From Bacteroidales bacterium (lineage in GTDB: Bacteria; Bacteroidota; Bacteroidia; Bacteroidales; UBA7960): a stretch of 40,522 nucleotides of DNA. The stretch covers positions 1-40,522 of the forward strand of contig SLOJ01000220.1 in NCBI GenBank assembly GCA_007132585.1, read 5' to 3'. Numbering within the stretch: position 1 is the first letter of the stretch; each line of letters begins with the position of its first letter. Shown here one piece after another: positions 17,749 to 25,992 of the stretch. The notes beneath the pieces were generated by a model. The model worked only from the letters and a program-made list of their open reading frames with translations, did no database searches and was not told where the DNA came from. Position numbers and translations under genes: made by a program.

Positions 17749-19785
17749 ATGGATCTTCAACAAAAAAATCAATTTATTTATACGGTTAAAGACCGTTGTA
17801 AGGTTTGCTATACATGTGTAAGAGAATGTCCTGCCAAAGCCATTCGAATCGTTAACGGGCAGGCTGAAATAATTGCAACAAGGTGTATTGCTTGTGGTAA
17901 TTGTGTTAAGGTTTGCAACAGAGATGCCAAAATGTTTTCCTTTGCAATTGACAGGGTTAAAAAGCTTATAAAAAGCGAAGATAAGGTGGCTGCAATTATT
18001 GCTCCCAGCGTGGCAGGTGAGTTTATTGATATTTCAGATTACCAAACCCTTGTGGGGATGATAAGAATGCTTGGATTCGACCATGTTAATGAAGTTGCTT
18101 TTGGTGCCGAGCTGGTTGCAGATAAATATAAAGAACTGCTCAGGAAAGATCAGAAACAAACCTTTATTTCAACAAGTTGTCCGGCAATAGTATCTTATGT
18201 TGAAAAGCATCATCCACAGATAGTTAAATCACTTGCTCCTATTGTATCTCCAATGATTGCTACTGCCAGGGTACTGCATGATATACATGGCAATGATTTA
18301 AAGATTGTGTTTATTGGTCCGTGCATAGCAAAAAAAAATGAAGCAGCCCTCGGGCAATTTAAAGAAATGGTGCACGAAGTGATTTCTTTTACCGAGCTAA
18401 GAAGAATGTTTGATGAGAAAAACATAAACCCCGAACATCCTGATATTGTACCATCAGAATTTGATCAGCCCATAGCAGGTAAAGGTTCGGTTTTTCCAAT
18501 AAGCGGGGGTATGTTGCAAACCGTTGACCTGGAAGAAGATTTTCTCAATGGAGAAATTGTTGTTGCAGAAGGCAGGCAGGATATTATTGAAGTACTGAAA
18601 GAATTTGAAGAGGGGTATCTTGAAGCCAAATTATTCGATTTGCTTTGTTGCAACGGTTGTATGAATGGTCCGGGAATGAGTAGTCGTCAGAAGTTTTTTC
18701 TTAAAAGAAAAAACATCAGCAATTTTGCAAAAAGACAATTTGACCGGCTTGATCAGGCTGAATGGGAGAAAAATAAAAAGAAATACTCTAATATAAAGCT
18801 TGATAGATATTTTATAGCCGATGACCAACGATATCCTTCAAACTTTTCAGAAGAAGAGATAAATAAGGTTAAAGAAAAACTGGGTATTAAAGGGCAGGAT
18901 GATGAACTTAACTGCACTGCTTGCGGATATGATACTTGCCATGAACACGCGGTAGCTATTTTGAAAGGAATTGCTGAAACAGAAATGTGCCTGCCTTATA
19001 CTATTGATAAGCTACATAAATACATTACCGATCTAGATGTTTCCAATAAAAAACTGGCATCTACCCAAGATGCTCTCAAGCAATCTGAAAAACTGGCATC
19101 AATGGGCCAGTTGGCTGCCGGTATTGCCCATGAGGTCAATAATCCCCTGGGGGTGGTAATCATGTACGCTCATCTTTTACTTGATGAAATAGAGCCCGAT
19201 TCACCTCATTACAGAGACCTAAAGCTTATTGTTGATCAGGCTGACCGGTGCAAGAAAATTGTGGGCGGATTACTTAACTTTGCAAGAAAAAGCAAGGTAA
19301 ATATTACTGAGGTAAAAATCAGATCGCTCATTAAAAATAGTTTGAAGGCTGTAATGATGCCTTCAAACGTTGATTTAAACATAGAACTGGATACCCCCCA
19401 GGAATTTATTGCCTGCGATCATGATCAAATGGTTCAGGTATTTTCAAACCTTGCAAAAAATGCAGTGGATGCTATGCCCGATGGTGGCGAATTGCTTGTA
19501 AAAGTTGAAGATGATCCCAATATCACCGGAGGCTTGGTATTTACAGTCAAAGATACAGGCACCGGTATTTCTCCTGAAAACCTGGAGAAGATGTTTGAAC
19601 CCTTTTTCACCACTAAAGAAGATGGAAAAGGAACCGGTTTAGGTTTGCCAATCATGTATGGTATTGTAAAAATGCATAAGGGAAATATCAAGGTTGATTC
19701 AAACACTGATCCGGAGAAAGGACCCTGCGGAACCAGCTTTTATGTTAGCCTTCCCGGAGTACCGGAAAAAATTAATGCACATTGA
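17749..19785 (+). CDS. Sensory [FeFe]-hydrogenase-histidine kinase fusion (group C, kinase-linked)
   Basis: 2x[4Fe-4S]; L1 'ISTSCPAIV', L2 'GPCIAKKNE', L3 'DLLCCNGCMNGPG'; FeS 'CTACGYDTC...MC'; NtrB-type H-box 'AHEVNNPL', 'DTGTGI', 'FEPFFTTK', 'GTGLGL'. Confidence 0.93.
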   Translation: MDLQQKNQFIYTVKDRCKVCYTCVRECPAKAIRIVNGQAEIIATRCIACGNCVKVCNRDAKMFSFAIDRVKKLIKSEDKVAAIIAPSVAGEFIDISDYQTLVGMIRMLGFDHVNEVAFGAELVADKYKELLRKDQKQTFISTSCPAIVSYVEKHHPQIVKSLAPIVSPMIATARVLHDIHGNDLKIVFIGPCIAKKNEAALGQFKEMVHEVISFTELRRMFDEKNINPEHPDIVPSEFDQPIAGKGSVFPISGGMLQTVDLEEDFLNGEIVVAEGRQDIIEVLKEFEEGYLEAKLFDLLCCNGCMNGPGMSSRQKFFLKRKNISNFAKRQFDRLDQAEWEKNKKKYSNIKLDRYFIADDQRYPSNFSEEEINKVKEKLGIKGQDDELNCTACGYDTCHEHAVAILKGIAETEMCLPYTIDKLHKYITDLDVSNKKLASTQDALKQSEKLASMGQLAAGIAHEVNNPLGVVIMYAHLLLDEIEPDSPHYRDLKLIVDQADRCKKIVGGLLNFARKSKVNITEVKIRSLIKNSLKAVMMPSNVDLNIELDTPQEFIACDHDQMVQVFSNLAKNAVDAMPDGGELLVKVEDDPNITGGLVFTVKDTGTGISPENLEKMFEPFFTTKEDGKGTGLGLPIMYGIVKMHKGNIKVDSNTDPEKGPCGTSFYVSLPGVPEKINAH

Positions 19786-19807
19786 TGACTGATAAAAAAA
19801 TACAGGT

Positions 19808-20206
19808 ATGCTTAAAATTGAGAAAAAGAAGATTTTACTGGTTGATGATGATCCTGATTATCTCTTTCAGCTTACCATAGCACTGGAAGATATGGGTTTT
19901 GAAGTAATTGCAGCACAAACTCAGCAGGAAGCTGAAAATATTGTTGACAAAATGAAACCTGATCTGGCCATTCTTGATTTAATGATGGAAAATCAGGATA
20001 CTGGATTTATCCTTTGCCATCTGATAAAAAATAAATATCCTGATGTGCCCATCATCATCGCCTCGGCTGTTACAGCTGAAACAGGATTGTTGTTTGATGT
20101 TGAATCGGAAGAAGATCGTCAGTGGATCAAAGCAGATCTTTTTCTTGATAAAGGCATAAGAAATGACCAGCTTCAAAAGGAAATCAATAAATTGCTCAAA
20201 ATATAA
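19808..20206 (+). CDS. Single-domain response regulator (receiver only)
   Basis: 'ILLVDDD', 'ILDLMM' phosphoacceptor, 'SA', conserved Lys in 'LDKG'; no output domain. Confidence 0.92.
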   Translation: MLKIEKKKILLVDDDPDYLFQLTIALEDMGFEVIAAQTQQEAENIVDKMKPDLAILDLMMENQDTGFILCHLIKNKYPDVPIIIASAVTAETGLLFDVESEEDRQWIKADLFLDKGIRNDQLQKEINKLLKI

Positions 20207-20209
20207 GCA

Positions 20210-21331
20210 ATGGGAAAGCTAAATCTGCTTGTGGTTGATGATGAACCAGGAATCAGAAGTGGTATAAAACGTATTCTGGAAAGTTTCTCGGTAAGCTATC
20301 CTTTCATGGATGAAGACTTCGAATTTGATGTGCTGGAAGCCGAAACCGGAGAGGAAGCCATTGAGTTACTTGATAATTACTTGTTTGATATTGTGCTGCT
20401 TGATAACAAACTACCCGGGATTCAAGGGGTTGAAGTACTTGAGTATATTAAAAGTCAAAGTATTGATGCCATAGTGGTAATGATTACTTCATATGCATCG
20501 CTTGATCTGGCGGTAAAAGCAACCAAAAGCGGGGCTTATGATTTTGTGCCAAAACCGTTTACACCCAAAGAATTGAGAAGTTGTCTTGAGAATATTGCCA
20601 AGCAATTGTTTCTTAGGCGAATGACTCAAAAACTGCAGGTAGAAGGTAAACAAATAAGATTTCAGTTTCTATCAGTCCTTTCGCATGAATTAAAATCACC
20701 TATCAATGCCATTGAAGGGTATCTTAATCTCATGGAAACAAAAAAGAAGGGCGAAAAGATTGATGATTATGCCGAAATGATTCAGCGTTCTTTGGCAAGG
20801 GTGCAGGATATGAGAGATTTGATAATGGACCTGCTTGATTTTACGAAAATCGAATCAGGTAAAAAACAGCGTAACATAAAACCTGTTTATTTGTCTGAAA
20901 TAGCTCGTCAGGCTATTGACTTGATTCAACCGCTTTGTATCCAGAAAGACATTGATATACATTTGAATTGTAATGAAAAAATAACACTTAAAGCAGATCG
21001 TCAGGAACTCGATATAATTCTCAATAACCTGCTTTCAAACGCAGTAAAATACAATAAACAGAATGGGCGTATCGACCTTACGCTAAAAAAGGAGAAAGAT
21101 GAGGTAGTACTTAATGTAAGTGATACAGGTATTGGGATGGAAAAGGAAGATATAGACAAGCTTTTTGAAGATTTTGTGCGCATAAAAAGTGAACAAACAA
21201 AAAATATAAGCGGTACAGGATTAGGTTTATCCCTGGTGAAAAAAATCGCCGATCTCTACAATGCAAAAATTCAGGTAGAAAGTGAACCGGGAAGTGGAAG
21301 CACATTTACAATCAGGTTTCCGGGAAATTAA
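20210..21331 (+). CDS. Cytoplasmic REC-HisKA-HATPase hybrid kinase
   Basis: N-terminal receiver 'VVDDE...LLDNKLP...PKPF'; 'SHELKSPI', 'NLLSNAVKYN', 'DTGIG', 'GTGLGL'. Confidence 0.94.
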   Translation: MGKLNLLVVDDEPGIRSGIKRILESFSVSYPFMDEDFEFDVLEAETGEEAIELLDNYLFDIVLLDNKLPGIQGVEVLEYIKSQSIDAIVVMITSYASLDLAVKATKSGAYDFVPKPFTPKELRSCLENIAKQLFLRRMTQKLQVEGKQIRFQFLSVLSHELKSPINAIEGYLNLMETKKKGEKIDDYAEMIQRSLARVQDMRDLIMDLLDFTKIESGKKQRNIKPVYLSEIARQAIDLIQPLCIQKDIDIHLNCNEKITLKADRQELDIILNNLLSNAVKYNKQNGRIDLTLKKEKDEVVLNVSDTGIGMEKEDIDKLFEDFVRIKSEQTKNISGTGLGLSLVKKIADLYNAKIQVESEPGSGSTFTIRFPGN

Positions 21332-21353
21332 TTATAAATATTATTTATACCAA

Positions 21354-21992
21354 ATGGACCCACAAAAAAGTAAAGATCTTCCAGGAAAGACCATTGAACG
21401 TCTTAGCCAATACAGGAGAATTCTTTTTAACAGTATAAACGAGGGTAAAGTAAATGTATATTCACATGAGCTTGCCCGCATGATGAATCTTACTCCCGTG
21501 CAGGTACGTCGTGATCTTATGTTGATCGGGTATTCGGGTAGCCAGAGCAAAGGCTATGTGATAAAAGATCTCATCAGCCTTATCGGTAAGATCATTGACA
21601 GTGATGAACCGCAGAAAGTGGCCATTGTTGGTATGGGTAACCTGGGGCGGGCAATAACAAGTTATTTCTCCGGTAAAAGAGAACGTTTATCAATTGTTGC
21701 AGCTTTTGATAACGATATGCAAAAAGCCAATCGCATTATAGCAGGTGTTCCGTGTCATCATGTAAACAAACTAAATGAAATACTTCCGGCTGAAGGTATA
21801 AAAATTGCAATACTTACATTAGCGCCGGAAGCAACCAATGAAGTGGCTAAAATGCTTTTTGATGCAGGAATAAAGGGAATTCTTAATTATACATCAGTAC
21901 CCCTTACAGTTCCCGAAGGAGTATTTCTGGAGGAATATGATATTGTTACTTCTCTTGAAAAGCTGGCGTTCTTGGTTAAACAGGATATGTAA
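21354..21992 (+). CDS. rex: Redox-sensing (NADH/NAD+) transcriptional repressor Rex
   Basis: 'TIERLSQY', 'QVRRDL...G..G...KGY' winged HTH; Rossmann 'VGMGNLGRA', 'GILNY'. Start moved to ATG 21354 because the longer ORF overlaps the upstream kinase. Confidence 0.96.
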   Translation: MDPQKSKDLPGKTIERLSQYRRILFNSINEGKVNVYSHELARMMNLTPVQVRRDLMLIGYSGSQSKGYVIKDLISLIGKIIDSDEPQKVAIVGMGNLGRAITSYFSGKRERLSIVAAFDNDMQKANRIIAGVPCHHVNKLNEILPAEGIKIAILTLAPEATNEVAKMLFDAGIKGILNYTSVPLTVPEGVFLEEYDIVTSLEKLAFLVKQDM

Positions 21993-22030
21993 GTTCATTA
22001 ACTTTTTTATAACAAAAACAGATGTAAAAA

Positions 22031-22951
22031 ATGAAAGTTTTTCATGATTCACAGGAAGCGAAGGAACATGTAAAAAATACTGTTGTTACTACAGGCTCTT
22101 TTGACGGCGTGCATATTGGTCATAAAGTTATTATTGAAAGATTGAAACAAATTGCTAATGAAATAGAAGGTGAGTCAACCCTGGTGACTTTCCACCCACA
22201 TCCGCGAAAAGTATTATACCCTGAGCAAAAAGATCTTAAACTTATCAATTCTCAGGATGAGAAAATCAAACTGCTTGCTAAAACAGGACTCGACAACCTT
22301 GTGATTATACCCTTTTCAAAAGAATTTTCAAAAACAACATCTCATGATTTTATAACCGATATCTTAATTGGTCAGCTAAAAGCCAAAGTTATAATCGTAG
22401 GTCAAAATCATCATTTTGGACACAACCGGTCAGGTGATTACTCATATTTGTACAAGTTAAGCCAGGATCTTGGTTTCAGGGTAGAGGATATTCCTTTACA
22501 GGATATTGAAAATGAAACGGTCAGTTCTACAAAGATCCGCAAGGCTTTACTGGAAGGAAACATTATGAGAGCAAACGCTTACCTTGATCACCAGTATATC
22601 ATTCGTGGAATTTTTTGCGATTCGCCGGAATCAGACGATTTGAAAAATCAAAAATTTTTCAGAATTTATAACAGAGAAGAAGAAAAACTTATACCACCTC
22701 CCGGCATTTATGCAACAAGCACGGTATGCAGCGATGAGTATCTTAAATCTATGAGTATTATAAGAGAAGATCATAGCGGAAAGCGTATTGTAGATACTAC
22801 TCTTTTATATGATAATGTTTTGCTTCATGACGTAAGGGTTACAATCTTTTTTTATAAAAGAATTAAAGGTCAGGAAGCCTTTGTGGAAGGTGAAATTAAT
22901 GAATCAGAACTTAAAGATGCAATAGAGGATGTTGACGAATTACTCTATTAA
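22031..22951 (+). CDS. ribF: RibF-like FAD synthetase (FMN adenylyltransferase intact, riboflavin kinase domain degenerate)
   Basis: 'GSFDGVHIGH', 'TFHPHP', 'HHFG', 'VSSTKIR'; the C-terminal domain lacks GxPTAN. Confidence 0.85.
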   Translation: MKVFHDSQEAKEHVKNTVVTTGSFDGVHIGHKVIIERLKQIANEIEGESTLVTFHPHPRKVLYPEQKDLKLINSQDEKIKLLAKTGLDNLVIIPFSKEFSKTTSHDFITDILIGQLKAKVIIVGQNHHFGHNRSGDYSYLYKLSQDLGFRVEDIPLQDIENETVSSTKIRKALLEGNIMRANAYLDHQYIIRGIFCDSPESDDLKNQKFFRIYNREEEKLIPPPGIYATSTVCSDEYLKSMSIIREDHSGKRIVDTTLLYDNVLLHDVRVTIFFYKRIKGQEAFVEGEINESELKDAIEDVDELLY

Positions 22952-22971
22952 TTGCAATCAGAACAGCCAGA

Positions 22972-23769
22972 ATGACAATGAACCAAAAAAGTAATCTGAA
23001 AGTAACTTTCCTGGGAACCGGCACATCGACCGGTGTTCCGGTTGTGGCATGCGATTGCAATGTTTGTAGAAGTAATGATCATCGCGATCACAGATTACGT
23101 ACATCGGTTATGGTTCAAATAAAAGGGCATAATTATATAATTGACTGCGGACCCGATTTTCGCTATCAAATGATTCGTGAAAAAGTAGAAGATATATCTG
23201 CAATAATTTTTACACATGGACACCGCGACCACATTGCAGGACTCGACGATGTAAGAGCTTTCAACTATGTGCTTAACAAAACAGTTGATGTATATGCCAG
23301 TGAAGAAGTAATGAATTCTATCAGGCGTGAATTTCCCTATATCTTTACCGAAAAAAGATTCTTTGGGGCTCCCCAACTAAATTTTCATATAATTGATAAC
23401 AATAAATTCAGGGTAGATGATGTGGAGATTACCCCTATTGAAGTACTACATCATAAATTAAAAGTATTTGGTTTTCGAATTAAGAATTTCTCCTATGTAA
23501 CTGATGCAAGTTATATATCAGAAGAAGAAAAGCAAAAGATAAAAGGATCAGATATACTTGTAATTAACGCCCTCAGAAAATCAAAGCATATTTCTCATTT
23601 TTCGCTTCAGGAAGCAATTGATATAATCAAAGAAATAAAACCCAGAAAAGCATATATTACTCATTTAAGCCACTTTATAGGACTTCATAAAAGCATTGAA
23701 CAAAACTTACCCGAGAATATTTTTCTGGCTTATGACGGATTAAGGGTTGAAATGGATACTGCCGATTAA
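22972..23769 (+). CDS. MBL-fold metallohydrolase, PhnP-like
   Basis: 'LGTGTSTGVP..CDCNVC', 'THGHRDH', 'YVTD', 'THLSH'. Confidence 0.92.
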   Translation: MTMNQKSNLKVTFLGTGTSTGVPVVACDCNVCRSNDHRDHRLRTSVMVQIKGHNYIIDCGPDFRYQMIREKVEDISAIIFTHGHRDHIAGLDDVRAFNYVLNKTVDVYASEEVMNSIRREFPYIFTEKRFFGAPQLNFHIIDNNKFRVDDVEITPIEVLHHKLKVFGFRIKNFSYVTDASYISEEEKQKIKGSDILVINALRKSKHISHFSLQEAIDIIKEIKPRKAYITHLSHFIGLHKSIEQNLPENIFLAYDGLRVEMDTAD

Positions 23770-23884
23770 GAATAAATTTAACAGGAAATAAGTATTGATT
23801 ATAACCCAGGAGAAATATATCCGAAACGTTTAGAAAATAAGGTAATCTGGCCAAAAAAAGTTATAATGTTGCCTTAAATTTCCG

Positions 23885-23892
23885 TATTTTTG
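23885..23892 (+). promoter_or_regulatory. Candidate -7 element for hydG operon
   Basis: TATTTTTG ending 28 nt before the hydG ATG. Confidence 0.55.
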
Positions 23893-23920
23893 TACTATAA
23901 TTACCGAAATAACGATAATC

Positions 23921-25348
23921 ATGATATACCGCCCTGAAAATTACAGTATTAAGGATCAAAGGATGAAGCCATTCATTGATCCTGATGAAATCTGGAATTT
24001 TATCAATACAGCAAAAGGAGATAAAAGCCGGATCAGGGAGATTATAAAAGCTTCTCTTAATAAAAAACGATTATCATTAGAGGAAACAGCCATACTGCTT
24101 AATGCTGATGATCCTGAATTAATTGAAGAGATCAAAGAGGGAGCGCGCACACTTAAGGAGAGGGTTTATGGCGAAAGGATTGTACTTTTTGCCCCGCTTT
24201 ATGTGGGCGACCTTTGCACAAACAATTGCCAGTATTGTGGTTTCAGAGCCGAAAATAAAGGCATGAAGCGTATTACTTTAAGTCGTGAAGAACTCATTGG
24301 TGAAACCACTGCACTTATTGATCAGGGCCATAAACGATTAATTCTTGTTTACGGTGAACATCCGAAATATTCTGCCGATTTTATTGCGGAAACCGTAAAG
24401 ATTGTTTATAGCGTAAAACATGATAATGGTGAAATACGAAGAGTAAATATAAATGCCGCTCCGTTTGACATAAATGGTTTTCGCACCATAAAAGATTCAG
24501 GTATAGGCACTTTCCAGATCTTCCAGGAAACTTACCACGAACCCACTTACCAGAAAGTACACCTTGGTGGAATTAAAAGAAATTACGACTGGCGCCTTAC
24601 ATCGCTTGATCGTGCCCAGGAAGCTGGTATTGATGATGTAGGTATAGGTGCACTTTTCGGACTCTATGACTGGCGGTTTGAGGTACTTGGGCTCGTTAGG
24701 CATGTAAACCACTTTGAAGCTGTTTATAAAGTGGGGCCGCATACTATTAGTTTTCCAAGGATTCAAAATGCTCTCTCACTTAATATTGATAAAGATCATC
24801 TTGTAAAGGATGATGAATTTGTAAGACTGGTATCTATTCTGCGGCTGGCAGTGCCTTATACGGGTATGATACTCACTGCACGAGAGCCACACCACATTCG
24901 CGATCAGATATTAAGGTTCGGGGTATCGCAAATTGATGGAGGAACAAACCTTGAACTGGGTGGCTATAGCAAAGAAAAAAAAGACACCCAGGATCTTACC
25001 ATGGAGCAGTTTCAAATAAACGACAACCGCTCTTTGAATGAGATTATGGATGAGCTGATCAAAACAGGATATATACCATCATTTTGCACTGCATGTTACA
25101 GGCTTGGACGCACAGGTGAGCATTTCATGGAATTTTCTGTTCCGGGTTTTATCAAAAGGTTTTGTTCACCCAATGCCTTGCTTACCCTGGCAGAGTATCT
25201 TGAAGACTATGCGCCAACAGATACCAAAGAAAATGGCTATAAACTAATTAACCAGAAAATATCTCAACTGGCTCAGCACCAAAATGTAGATAAGCTTAAA
25301 GAAAAAGTTCAGTTGGTTAAAAATGGTAAACGTGATTTGTATTTCTGA
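23921..25348 (+). CDS. hydG: [FeFe]-hydrogenase maturase HydG (radical SAM)
   Basis: 'FAPLY..DLCTNNCQYC' radical SAM motif, 'FQETY', 'HTISFPR', C-terminal auxiliary cluster 'SFCTACYR...FC' absent from ThiH, ending 'KRDLYF'. Confidence 0.96.
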   Translation: MIYRPENYSIKDQRMKPFIDPDEIWNFINTAKGDKSRIREIIKASLNKKRLSLEETAILLNADDPELIEEIKEGARTLKERVYGERIVLFAPLYVGDLCTNNCQYCGFRAENKGMKRITLSREELIGETTALIDQGHKRLILVYGEHPKYSADFIAETVKIVYSVKHDNGEIRRVNINAAPFDINGFRTIKDSGIGTFQIFQETYHEPTYQKVHLGGIKRNYDWRLTSLDRAQEAGIDDVGIGALFGLYDWRFEVLGLVRHVNHFEAVYKVGPHTISFPRIQNALSLNIDKDHLVKDDEFVRLVSILRLAVPYTGMILTAREPHHIRDQILRFGVSQIDGGTNLELGGYSKEKKDTQDLTMEQFQINDNRSLNEIMDELIKTGYIPSFCTACYRLGRTGEHFMEFSVPGFIKRFCSPNALLTLAEYLEDYAPTDTKENGYKLINQKISQLAQHQNVDKLKEKVQLVKNGKRDLYF

Positions 25349-25377
25349 TTCATCATAAATATTCAAAAAGACCGGAT

Positions 25378-25644
25378 ATGCAACAGTCAAGAATAATGGG
25401 AATAATGGTTTACGACCGCATAAAAGAAGCGGGTAAAACACAGGAAGTGCTTAGCAAATATGCTACCGCTATACGCACCAGACTAGGGTTTCATGAACTT
25501 TCAAGAGATGTATGCAGCAGGGTGGGAAACATCATCCTTGTTTTACAGGGTGATCCTAAAATCTGGAATGAACTTCAAACAGAATTGGAAGACATTGGAG
25601 GGGTAGAGGTTCAAATCATGAAATTTAAAAACTCCGGGAAATAA
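25378..25644 (+). CDS. Small ACT-like protein, TM1266-like (putative iron-only hydrogenase system regulator)
   Basis: 88 aa; 'GIMVYDR...QEVLSKY...IRTRLGFHE...GNIILVL...IGGVEV'; directly after hydG. Confidence 0.7.
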   Translation: MQQSRIMGIMVYDRIKEAGKTQEVLSKYATAIRTRLGFHELSRDVCSRVGNIILVLQGDPKIWNELQTELEDIGGVEVQIMKFKNSGK

Positions 25645-25688
25645 TTTATTTTTAATTCAGGAAGCAACAAACCAAATCATTTACAATC

Positions 25689-25940
25689 ATGGATCAACTT
25701 GTGATTTTAGGCTTAATGGTGAAAGAAAAGGAAAAGCATGCGGTGCGCCTTCAGGATGTATTTACCAAATACGGATGTAGTATAAAAACCCGGCTGGGGC
25801 TAAACGAACTGGATATTCCCGAGGCAGGAGATGCAGGCCTGATTATACTTGAATTAATGGGTGATATTGAAGAATGTGGTCGGCTGGAAAATGAATTACA
25901 TGCCATAGATGGCGTAAAAGTGCGGAAAATGACTTTTTAA
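25689..25940 (+). CDS. Second small ACT-like TM1266-like paralogue
   Basis: 83 aa; 'QDVFTKYGCSIKTRLGLNE...GLIILEL...IDGVKV', clearly homologous to the preceding ORF. Confidence 0.72.
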   Translation: MDQLVILGLMVKEKEKHAVRLQDVFTKYGCSIKTRLGLNELDIPEAGDAGLIILELMGDIEECGRLENELHAIDGVKVRKMTF

Positions 25941-25992
25941 AAAATGTCAGAATTATCCATATTTATATAAATTTATTATTTAATTCCAAGCA

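Noticed and set aside
21282-21353. N-terminal extension of Rex in the ORF track
   Set aside because: The GTG start overlaps the upstream kinase; Rex homology begins after ATG 21354.
23921-25348. ThiH (thiamine biosynthesis)
   Set aside because: Its length (475 aa) and C-terminal CxxC...C auxiliary cluster motif identify HydG.
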